NCBI GenBank assembly: GCA_963710755.1
Contig: CAVQBK010000002.1
Location: 160,001 to 224,000, forward strand
DNA length: 64,000 bases
DNA from: an uncultured bacterium
GTDB lineage: Bacteria; Oederibacteriota; JAAXVQ01; JAUVAV01
Direction of reading: 5' to 3'
In this document: positions 56,059-64,000 of the stretch, in pieces
Position numbering within the stretch: the first letter of the stretch is position 1
Layout: each line of letters starts with the position of its first letter
The notes under the pieces: generated by a model
What the model saw: the letters and a program-made list of their open reading frames with translations, nothing else
The model's database searches: none
What the model was told of the DNA's origin: nothing
Translations under genes and position numbers: made by a program

Positions 56059-57216
56059 TCAAGGCCTGCCGACTACCAGACAGGCGGCTTTTTGATCCTC
56101 CTCCAGGGCCAGGATCATCACTGTGCGCATCTCTAAAGACCGGACTTGACGGTCCAGCTGGACGTGGTCATAAATTTCGGGATGGCTTAAATTAACTGTA
56201 GGCGGCAGTTTCCCTTGTCTCATGGCTTCCAGAGCCACCACCGTGGCCATGGCACCAAAGGCATGGCCTGTCTCTCCCCAGGCGCCTTTCAGAGCCACCG
56301 CCGGCAACCGTGGGGGCAAAACTTTTTTAAGGGCTGCATTTTCCATGTCATCTTGTTGGACATACCCATTGGCTGCCAATAACAAGGCATCAATCTCCTG
56401 CGGTTGGCAGCGGGCCATGGCTAGGGCCTGGTTCATGGCTCTGACCGCAGCCTCCGGCCCATGGGCGCCATATTGACTGGCCAAACCAAACCCCTGCAAC
56501 TCACCCAACAAAGGCATACCCAAAGCCATGGCTTGCTGACGCTCCATTAATTGCATCAAGCCGCAACCTTCACCTCCAGCTACCTGACCTGATGGAACAT
56601 GGCTAAAAAGGGATGGGCGCCGGTCTTCCTTATTATACACAGCCAGACCTTGCAGTTCCTCCGGTGATTGCTGCTCTGTGGCCCCTGCCCATATTAGTCG
56701 GCTCCGTTTGGTGACCAGGGCCTGGGCCCCAAAAAACAGGGCTTCCAAACCAGCCGTAGGGCCTGACGACAAGGTCAGGCTCATAGCGGCAAGGCCATGT
56801 CTGATCGCGCTGTGAGCGGCTGGAGCATTGCTGGGCAGATTGATAAACATCTGGGGATGAATTAAATTGAGCTGTCTCTGATGAAGGGCATGGAGGATTT
56901 CATCAGGATAAGGATTGATCTTGCAGGCCACCACCATGCCCTGTTCCTGAAGGGGCACGGCCGTCGTTGGGCTTTCCCCAAGCCTTTGGGCCGCATAGCC
57001 GAGCATAAGGCTTTCTTTTTGAGCTTGCCGCCAGCCGGTGCCCTGCAATTGGGTTTTAATCTCAGTGGTCACCAGGCCCGCAGGGAAGGTTACCGGTCCC
57101 AGAGACAGGGCCCTAAAGGCCTGCTCACCGGCAAAAAGCCTGTTGACCGCCTGCTCATGGTCAATCCCTAATGAACAAATAATATGGGCATGGGTAATGA
57201 CAATGCTGTCCTGCAT
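56059..57216 (-). CDS. non-catalytic ketosynthase-like subunit (chain-length-factor-like)
   Basis: KS fold; SSGPTAG at the catalytic Cys position, AANG instead of HGTG, WGE instead of GH. Confidence 0.8.
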   Translation of the reverse strand: MQDSIVITHAHIICSLGIDHEQAVNRLFAGEQAFRALSLGPVTFPAGLVTTEIKTQLQGTGWRQAQKESLMLGYAAQRLGESPTTAVPLQEQGMVVACKINPYPDEILHALHQRQLNLIHPQMFINLPSNAPAAHSAIRHGLAAMSLTLSSGPTAGLEALFFGAQALVTKRSRLIWAGATEQQSPEELQGLAVYNKEDRRPSLFSHVPSGQVAGGEGCGLMQLMERQQAMALGMPLLGELQGFGLASQYGAHGPEAAVRAMNQALAMARCQPQEIDALLLAANGYVQQDDMENAALKKVLPPRLPAVALKGAWGETGHAFGAMATVVALEAMRQGKLPPTVNLSHPEIYDHVQLDRQVRSLEMRTVMILALEEDQKAACLVVGRP

Positions 57217-57295
57217 GGGATGCTCCGTAATTAGGCTGATACCTTCAACCGTTTCGACAAGCCCGGCGGCCGGAGTAAGCCAATGACTTATGAAC

Positions 57296-58528
57296 TTAGT
57301 TTTCCACAGCCTTAAACACTACCGCGCAATTGGCGCCGCCAAAGGCCGCGGCATTGGTCAAACACGTACGCAAGGTCCCTGGCCGCGGCTGTTTACTCAC
57401 CACATTCACCGGACATTGGGGATCGGGCTGCTCATGATTAACGGTTGGCGGCAGCACCTGCTGGTTAAGACTGGTAATAGCCAGACAGGCTTCAATCAGG
57501 CCGGCAGCAGCAATAGTATGCCCGACAGCCGCTTTGGCCGCGGTTACAGGCACAGCACGACCGCCAAAAACCTGGACCAGGGCGTTGGCTTCAATCATAT
57601 CATTGGCGATGGTGCCTGTCCCGTGGGCAAAAACACCATCCACCTCATCAGGACCGAGCCGGCTATCCTTCAAGGCCTGACTCATGGCTTGGACCATGCC
57701 CTGACCTTGCGGTTGCGGAGCCACCAGATGATAGGCATCATTGGACCAACCGTACCCCAGCACTTCCGCCTTGGCTTGGGCCTGTCGTCTTTTCAGACTG
57801 CTTTCAGTCTCCAAAAGCAAAGCCGCGCAGCCATCGCCCAGAACCAAGCCCTGACGGTGGCGATCAAAGGGTCTACAAAAATCAGGCGCCAAAACACGCA
57901 AACTGCAAAAACCTGAAAAAATGTAAGGCGAGGTAATATCCACACCTACACACAACGCTTGCGCGCTTAAGCCCTGGCGAAGATGGGCCACAGCACTGGC
58001 CAAAGCATACCCTCCGGCAGCACAGGCGTTGCTGTTGAGGACCAACCAGCCTTGCAGGCCCAAGGCCCGGGCGGTTTGTGTCAATACGCTGCTGGTTGGA
58101 TAACCAGGCCGATGAACCGGCAAATTTTCCTCTTCACCAAGGGCAGGAGCGTCGTTTAGCCAGGTTTTCTGCAAGTGTTGGATATGGGCCAGAAAATCAC
58201 CCTGAGTCGTGGCCAGAAATAATGGGAGCTGTGGTTGGCCGGCCTTACCGTCAGGCATTAATAAAGCCGCCTGCGCCAATACGCTGCGACTGCACGCCAG
58301 AGTTAATTGCACCGCCGGATCAAGGGCGTGGTTTTCTTCCGGAGTTAACTGCGGCCATTGGCTAAATGTTTTAATCTCGGCTGCCCGATGCATTGGCAAC
58401 CACTGGGTATCAAAATGCTCGACCGGCGCAATTCCGCATTGCCCCTTCAGCAGGGCCTGCCATAGGCTATGCTGATCCCGTCCCAAGCTGGTAATACTTT
58501 CCAAAGCTGTAATAAATAGGCGTTCCAT
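57296..58528 (-). CDS. beta-ketoacyl-ACP synthase (FabF/KS-alpha-like)
   Basis: Intact SNACAAG, AHGTGT, GHTIAAAG; AFGGAN. Confidence 0.92.
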   Translation of the reverse strand: MERLFITALESITSLGRDQHSLWQALLKGQCGIAPVEHFDTQWLPMHRAAEIKTFSQWPQLTPEENHALDPAVQLTLACSRSVLAQAALLMPDGKAGQPQLPLFLATTQGDFLAHIQHLQKTWLNDAPALGEEENLPVHRPGYPTSSVLTQTARALGLQGWLVLNSNACAAGGYALASAVAHLRQGLSAQALCVGVDITSPYIFSGFCSLRVLAPDFCRPFDRHRQGLVLGDGCAALLLETESSLKRRQAQAKAEVLGYGWSNDAYHLVAPQPQGQGMVQAMSQALKDSRLGPDEVDGVFAHGTGTIANDMIEANALVQVFGGRAVPVTAAKAAVGHTIAAAGLIEACLAITSLNQQVLPPTVNHEQPDPQCPVNVVSKQPRPGTLRTCLTNAAAFGGANCAVVFKAVEN

Positions 58529-58562
58529 CAGGGTCCTTTTTTCTTTGGTTCAGCAGCCCACA

Positions 58563-58988
58563 TTAGGTACGCTGATTAAGGCCGACAACTGTTTGCCCAA
58601 AATAAAAATCGCCCTCAGTTAGCAGCTCGTCGTTTGAGGTGACCTGCACATGGTAGGCGGCCTGATGCTCCATGGCTTTAAGCAAGCGGGCCTCAATTAT
58701 TAGTGCTTCCCCGGGATAGGCTGGCCGTTGCCAGTGCACATTATGCAGGCGGGTAAGAAAAGACTGATACTGAAAACCACCGCGGTATTCATCCAGCCGT
58801 CCGGCCGTTTGAGCCATGGTCTCCACCAACACAAACCAGGCTAAACAAGGGGCACCGGTCTGGTCCGGGTATAAGGACCATTCATTGGTTGTCACCATTT
58901 TTATAACCCGGCAGGACGTTTGATCACGCGTCAAGAGGCGATCGATAAAATCAAAAGGATAGACTTGGGACTTGCCTTCCTGGGCCAT
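58563..58988 (-). CDS. FabZ-like hot-dog dehydratase (catalytic His apparently absent)
   Basis: YPFDFIDR, KMVTTNE, LVETMAQ, PAYPGE; probable start MAQE at 58988. Confidence 0.75.
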   Translation of the reverse strand: MAQEGKSQVYPFDFIDRLLTRDQTSCRVIKMVTTNEWSLYPDQTGAPCLAWFVLVETMAQTAGRLDEYRGGFQYQSFLTRLHNVHWQRPAYPGEALIIEARLLKAMEHQAAYHVQVTSNDELLTEGDFYFGQTVVGLNQRT

Positions 58989-59016
58989 TAGCCGCTGCTT
59001 TCCTGCTCCGGGCAAA

Positions 59017-60693
59017 TCAGGCCGATGGCTTGGCCCGAAACCAGTGCCAAGCAGTAAGAGCGCTAAACAACACCACAATAATCAGGCAGAGCCAGGCAAA
59101 TACATCCCCCAGGCGGACATAGACCGACGTGCCCCGCATGGCCGGCATATCCGTGACCAGTACGCTTTTGGTGAGATAAGGCGTGGATTTGCGCACCAAG
59201 CCCAGGGCGTCAATAACCACCGTGCCGCCCATACTGGCATTTTTGGCCACCCAGCGTCTGGTTTCAATGGCCCGGAAACGGGCATTGATGACATGTAAAT
59301 AATAATCGGTGGGTTTACGGAACCAATTGTTGGCGGAAGGACAGAAAAACATTTCCGCCCCTTTTTTAGCGGCTTCCCGGAAATAAGTTGAATAAAACAC
59401 TTCAGCACAAACTTTAGGGCTCACTTTAACACCTGCCATATTAAAAAGCTTCTCTTCCTGCCCCCGGTTCAGATCATAAATATCCTCCCTGGGCGAGGAG
59501 AGGGCGCGCAAATCCATTCCCCGGTGGGTCAGACGATGGTAACCATCACTCAGCATGGTCATCAGTCCGCGCATGGGCATATATTCTCCAAAGGGTGTCA
59601 AGTAGCGCTTGATATAATAATTAAGCACATGGCCGTTTTGATCCACATAATACCAGACATTGTAATTACGATGGTCGTCACTGATGGACAACAGGCCCAG
59701 CATGGCCGGCATATGCACTTCTTCAAAAATGGATTTCAGGTCATACCACAAATTAACCGATTCCGGCAAAAAACCGGGTACAGCATTTTCCGTTAGCACC
59801 AACACATCGGCTTTTTGGCTTGCAGCTTCCAGGGCCATTTCCCTAAGCATGCGGGTGACCCGGTATTCCGTGCCCCGGTCCCAGCGTTTTTCCATGGATA
59901 CATCGTGATTGGTCTGTAAAAAAGCCGGCTTGATCATGGTGTCGCTTTGCGCCTGTTGTGCAGCGGCCCTGCCGGCATCAAGGTTGCCGAACAAAACAAG
60001 CAGCGCCATGAGGGCCGTAAGCCCCAGGCCAAGTCTCATGGCCTTGTGCCGCTCGTCAGAAGTCAAGGGCTGGACTTTGGGCCTTAGCCCCAGCCAGACC
60101 CTGGCCTTTTCCCAGCCCAGCAGCTTGTCATAGATCACCAGCACGCCGGCGGCACTGGCCAGGAGTCCCAGAAAAGCCGGACCGTAAATACCGGTAATGG
60201 AGGCCATTTGTACCAAGGGTAAAATGCCGGCCATGGGAATGGCAAAAAAGATGCTCGGCGGCGGAGAGAACCACAGGCTCTGGGACAAAGAAATGCGCAC
60301 GAATTCCTGGGTTACCAACAAGGCGGGCATGACCAGGATAAATGCCCAGCGGTAGCGCTGGGTAATCCAACTGGCCAGCCATCCCGTGAGGCCATACATA
60401 AGAAAAAGGACCACGCCCAGGAGGCCGTAAATCATCCAGGCAATGGCCGGGAAATATTCCATTTGGGTAAGGAAAAACGCGACCGGCATCATGATGGCCA
60501 AGCCGCTGAGCCCGCACCACAAAAAGGCTTTGCGGCCGTGATAACGAAGGGTTAAAAACATGAAGGGCGCCATGCATAATAAAAAAGAAAGGAGCGAAAA
60601 CCAAGTGGGCTCAAGAAAGGTATTGTTGGGCCAGGCAAAATAAGCATACAGGGCTTGCAGTGCAAACATCAGAAATAAATAACGTTTCTTCAC
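59017..60693 (-). CDS. apolipoprotein N-acyltransferase (Lnt)-like membrane nitrilase-fold acyltransferase
   Basis: Multi-TM N-domain, QMASITGIYG, Glu-Lys-Cys triad in LTENA / KRYLTPFGEY / VCAE, RAIE, Y.RLGD. Confidence 0.85.
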   Translation of the reverse strand: MKKRYLFLMFALQALYAYFAWPNNTFLEPTWFSLLSFLLCMAPFMFLTLRYHGRKAFLWCGLSGLAIMMPVAFFLTQMEYFPAIAWMIYGLLGVVLFLMYGLTGWLASWITQRYRWAFILVMPALLVTQEFVRISLSQSLWFSPPPSIFFAIPMAGILPLVQMASITGIYGPAFLGLLASAAGVLVIYDKLLGWEKARVWLGLRPKVQPLTSDERHKAMRLGLGLTALMALLVLFGNLDAGRAAAQQAQSDTMIKPAFLQTNHDVSMEKRWDRGTEYRVTRMLREMALEAASQKADVLVLTENAVPGFLPESVNLWYDLKSIFEEVHMPAMLGLLSISDDHRNYNVWYYVDQNGHVLNYYIKRYLTPFGEYMPMRGLMTMLSDGYHRLTHRGMDLRALSSPREDIYDLNRGQEEKLFNMAGVKVSPKVCAEVFYSTYFREAAKKGAEMFFCPSANNWFRKPTDYYLHVINARFRAIETRRWVAKNASMGGTVVIDALGLVRKSTPYLTKSVLVTDMPAMRGTSVYVRLGDVFAWLCLIIVVLFSALTAWHWFRAKPSA

Positions 60694-60759
60694 GTTGCTC
60701 GTCCTTTCCTCGCCTGAAAAGCAGCATGGTTCTGCCGGCCAGGCTGATGGCGCCTCGTT

Positions 60760-61002
60760 TTATTGGATCTTCTTTTCGATCAACTCAACCAAATCCTGTA
60801 AGGTATTAACGGTTTTGAATTCCGCTTCTTTGATCTCAATTTTAAAGGTACGTTCCAGGGCCACCAGGATTTCCAAAATCATCACGGAATCTGCCTGCAT
60901 GAATTCATTCAGATTTTTGTCCAGGCATATGTCTTCAACCGGCAACTCCAGAATCTCAGCAATAATGGTCGTTAATTGATCGGCAATAACGGACATGCCC
61001 AC
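60760..61002 (-). CDS. acyl carrier protein
   Basis: 80 aa, acidic, ADSV motif, LERTFKIEI. Confidence 0.9.
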   Translation of the reverse strand: MGMSVIADQLTTIIAEILELPVEDICLDKNLNEFMQADSVMILEILVALERTFKIEIKEAEFKTVNTLQDLVELIEKKIQ

Positions 61003-61072
61003 ACTCCCCTGGAGGTTTGGTCCTTTTAGGAACCCTTAATACCATACACTAGCAAAAGTCCAAATGCAATCC

Positions 61073-61831
61073 TTAAGCCTTGGCCTGCTTCAGCAGTTCC
61101 CAATGCTTGCTGTGCTTGATGAGGGTATTGTAACTGGACAACAAACAGAGCACCAGTCCCGGAAACCCGTCACGCCAACCGGCTTTGAGCAAATACATTT
61201 TTAAAAAAGTCCACAGGGGATCACCCCACCAGCGCAGGCGGGTGAGCTTTTTGCCTCTGGCCATACGGTCCTGCGCGGCCAAGCTGGTGTAATGATTAAG
61301 CCGCTCCATATAAGCAGTAAGATCGGGATAGGAATAATGGTTGAGCAGTGCCTTGAGCCGGCCCATCTGCCCCTGCACCAGCAGGCGCTCATGCACTGCC
61401 TTTTCTTCGAAGCGCCCCTGACCGGCTTTGAAAAGACGCAGCTGATAATCAGGGGCCCAACCGCAGCCTTTGATGGCGCGGTTAAGAAAAAAATTGCGCC
61501 GTGACAGCCAAAAGCCGGTACACCCTTTGGGATTGTCCACACGTTGCCGGATTTCCCGGGCCAGCTCAGGAGTGACGATTTCATCGGCATCAATGGACAA
61601 AACCCAACCATCATGAACCTCGCCCACCAGATGGTTCTTGGTGATACCATACCCTTCCCAGGCCACGGTTTTGACCAGGGCGCCCTGCGCTTCTGCCAAT
61701 GGCACTGTTTCATCAGCAGACCCGTTCTCACCCACCACCACCTGATCACAAAAGGATAAGGCCTGCACGCATTGGGCAATGGTGCGCGCTGCATTTTTGG
61801 CAATGATGATAGCCGTTATTTTTTCGGACAT
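61073..61831 (-). CDS. GT2 glycosyltransferase (KdtX/WaaE-like)
   Basis: IIAKN, GSADET, IDADE, VHE, HYSY. Confidence 0.9.
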   Translation of the reverse strand: MSEKITAIIIAKNAARTIAQCVQALSFCDQVVVGENGSADETVPLAEAQGALVKTVAWEGYGITKNHLVGEVHDGWVLSIDADEIVTPELAREIRQRVDNPKGCTGFWLSRRNFFLNRAIKGCGWAPDYQLRLFKAGQGRFEEKAVHERLLVQGQMGRLKALLNHYSYPDLTAYMERLNHYTSLAAQDRMARGKKLTRLRWWGDPLWTFLKMYLLKAGWRDGFPGLVLCLLSSYNTLIKHSKHWELLKQAKA

Positions 61832-61968
61832 AGGGCAATCCCTCGTTTGAAAATAGGATCCTTTAACCTTTTTTTATTGCAGGTAACCGGCTGCTTGTCC
61901 GGCGCCTGCCGGCATAACCATGCCTATTAAATAGGGGCAAATTAAAACTGCCGTTTACGCCAAAGAAA

Positions 61969-62985
61969 CTAATTGTTTTTTGTCACAGAGCCCTGCTCCA
62001 ATTGCTCCATTGCCTCCAGCACCTGCTCCACCGTAATGCCGGTCATGCAGGCATGATGACCCAAGGGGCATTGTTTGCTGCCGTGGACCGCGCAAGGCCG
62101 GCAAGGCAGCTCCACACTAAGCACGCGGCAGCGAGCGCTGCGCGGCATAAAACCAAAGGCTCCTACCGTGGGACCAAATAGTGCCACTGCTTTGGTGCCG
62201 CTGGCCAGTCCCAGATGCAAGGGGCCTGAATCATTACTGATCAGGACCATGGCCTGCGACAGCAGCACCGCCAATTTGGTGAGCGAGGTTTTGCCGATCA
62301 AGGACAGCACGGGTTTGGAGGTTTGGGCCTTGATGCGCTGGCCAATGGGAAATTCATCATGATCCCCAATCAACACCACCTGAACCCCGCGTTCCGTCAG
62401 ACGATCGGCCAGAGTGATAAACCGTGTTTCCGGCCAGCGTTTGGTTGCCCACTTGGCGCCCGGTGCCAGCACTGCCACATCACGGTTAAGGTCCAGGCCA
62501 TCGGCCTGCAACTGGTCCAGATAGGCTTCCCGGTCAATACCATCGAAAGAAAGCCTGGGCTCGCGAGAGACCAAGGCATATCCCACCTGCCGGGCGGCTT
62601 CACCATACCAGTCTACCACTGAAGATCGCTCATCCAAAAGCGGCCAGCGGTGCCACCAACAGCGCCTGCCCTGAGGCCGCACCAATAGCCTTCTGGCCAA
62701 GGCATGCTTGGGGTAGTGGACCAGGCTTTTTCTCCGTATATGACGCAGCACCTTGGCCGAACGTCCGGTTCGGTGCAGATCGAGCACGACATCAAAGGTA
62801 TACTTGGGTTTTTGATTGGGTAACAGAATATGATCCGCCCCCGGCAATATGCTGCCCAAAGCTTTATAGGCATCCTGCACCATCAGGGTGACTTCATCCC
62901 CGGCCGCGTGCACAGCCTCCAATACCGGTTGGGTTAAAATAATATCTCCCAACGAACTTAAGCGGGCGACCAGAATTTTTTTCAT
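61969..62985 (-). CDS. GT9 glycosyltransferase
   Basis: RLSSLGDIIL, APGAKWATKRWP, SNDSGPLHL, CRPC. Confidence 0.9.
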   Translation of the reverse strand: MKKILVARLSSLGDIILTQPVLEAVHAAGDEVTLMVQDAYKALGSILPGADHILLPNQKPKYTFDVVLDLHRTGRSAKVLRHIRRKSLVHYPKHALARRLLVRPQGRRCWWHRWPLLDERSSVVDWYGEAARQVGYALVSREPRLSFDGIDREAYLDQLQADGLDLNRDVAVLAPGAKWATKRWPETRFITLADRLTERGVQVVLIGDHDEFPIGQRIKAQTSKPVLSLIGKTSLTKLAVLLSQAMVLISNDSGPLHLGLASGTKAVALFGPTVGAFGFMPRSARCRVLSVELPCRPCAVHGSKQCPLGHHACMTGITVEQVLEAMEQLEQGSVTKNN

Positions 62986-64000
62986 AGGTGTGAGGGTCCT
63001 TTAGCCAGGGGCTGCAGAAATGTTTGCCAAGGTGTTTCTTGAGACGGTGTTTGCACCTGGAAGCGAACCGCCAGGGCCCAGGCTTCGATGGAACTGGCAG
63101 CAGGCCAGTTAACCTTAACCATATCTTTGGTGGTCATCACCACAGCTGCATGATGACGTCTGGCCAATTTTTCCCATTGGCGGAGTTGGTCCGGGCGGTA
63201 CCAAAAATGATCGGGATATCGCTGGTGATGACAAACCACGGCCCCGCAGGCTTCCAGGGTATTGATAAAAGCCTGCGGTTTAGCTATACCCGACACGGCC
63301 ACCACCCGTTGACCCTTCAGTACCTCCACAGGCCTGACGGTGTTGGTTTTAACATCCACCAGTTGGTAAGCCTTGTGACTGGCGTGATAAACCGGTTTGC
63401 TCTGGCCAATAGTCCGCCGGATCAGCTGCTCCAGAGGCTGGGGATCAACCTGGTCGCTGCGGGTAATGATGATCATATCCGCATCCGCCATGGCTGTAAG
63501 CGGTTCACGGTAAGGACCGGCCGGCAGCACCCTGCCCGACAGCGCTTGTTTATCGCTGGCATCCATAAGCAAAATCTCCAAATCGCGAAACAGTTGGAAG
63601 CGCCGTTGAAAGCCGTCATCAAGAATCAAGATCTGGCAACCTAATTGCTCCACCGCCAGCATCCCGGTTTGGAAGCGATCCCGCCCCACCACCACAGCTG
63701 CCTGGCCCAGGAAACGCTGGGCCAGGGCATAAGGTTCATCACCACCGGCCCGGGGATCAGCCCGCAACGTTTGCCCATCAGATACCACTACCAAGGGGTC
63801 GCGGCTATGACGCCGGTAACCGCGCGACAGGATGGCTGGTTTGAGGCCGGCCTTAACCATCTGATCGCAAACCCAGGCCACGGCTTCAGTCTTACCTGTG
63901 CCGCCCACGGTCAGATTGCCTATGGAAATCACAGGAACAGGACATTTGCGCGGAGGTTGTTGTTGGGCTTTGACCTGCTGACGTTCAAGACCCCAGGTGT
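62982..64000 (-). CDS. lpxK: tetraacyldisaccharide 4'-kinase (5' end runs off window)
   Basis: PVISIGNLTVGGTGKT, LSRGY, GDEP, LDDGFQ, LPAGPYREP, TTKD. Confidence 0.95.
   Translation of the reverse strand, partial: TWGLERQQVKAQQQPPRKCPVPVISIGNLTVGGTGKTEAVAWVCDQMVKAGLKPAILSRGYRRHSRDPLVVVSDGQTLRADPRAGGDEPYALAQRFLGQAAVVVGRDRFQTGMLAVEQLGCQILILDDGFQRRFQLFRDLEILLMDASDKQALSGRVLPAGPYREPLTAMADADMIIITRSDQVDPQPLEQLIRRTIGQSKPVYHASHKAYQLVDVKTNTVRPVEVLKGQRVVAVSGIAKPQAFINTLEACGAVVCHHQRYPDHFWYRPDQLRQWEKLARRHHAAVVMTTKDMVKVNWPAASSIEAWALAVRFQVQTPSQETPWQTFLQPLAKGPSHL

Overview
Bacterial core-genome window, almost entirely minus-strand, from a diderm (LPS-making), probably anaerobic/fermentative lineage that I cannot name from sequence alone (RpoB/RpoC carry Gracilicutes-type inserts; two PorV/PorQ-like barrels are present). 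In transcription order (right to left): an LPS/lipid A locus (lpxK, five GT9 domains including an O-antigen-ligase::GT9 fusion, GT2s, a split GT4, a polysaccharide deacetylase) with an embedded ACP-Lnt-like-FabZ-like-KS-CLF cassette; ZTP-riboswitch-controlled pflB-pflA; rpoBC; a decayed sixA pseudogene not shown by the ORF track; the complete str/S10/spc/alpha ribosomal cluster; cysS-rlmB; and a Thr-Tyr-Gly-Thr tRNA/tuf block split by a ~5.5 kb insert (ACP, KS, CLF, LpxL-like acyltransferase, PorV-like gene, and an 85-bp MITE with an 8-bp target duplication), followed by rpmG-tRNA-Trp-secE-nusG-rplK. The best candidate for an undescribed system is the pair of type II PKS/FAS-like KS-CLF cassettes, each coupled to a divergent envelope acyltransferase (Lnt-like, LpxL-like). 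This suggests dedicated synthesis of an unusual acyl chain for decorating the cell envelope. All calls come from motif recognition by eye; no database searches were run.
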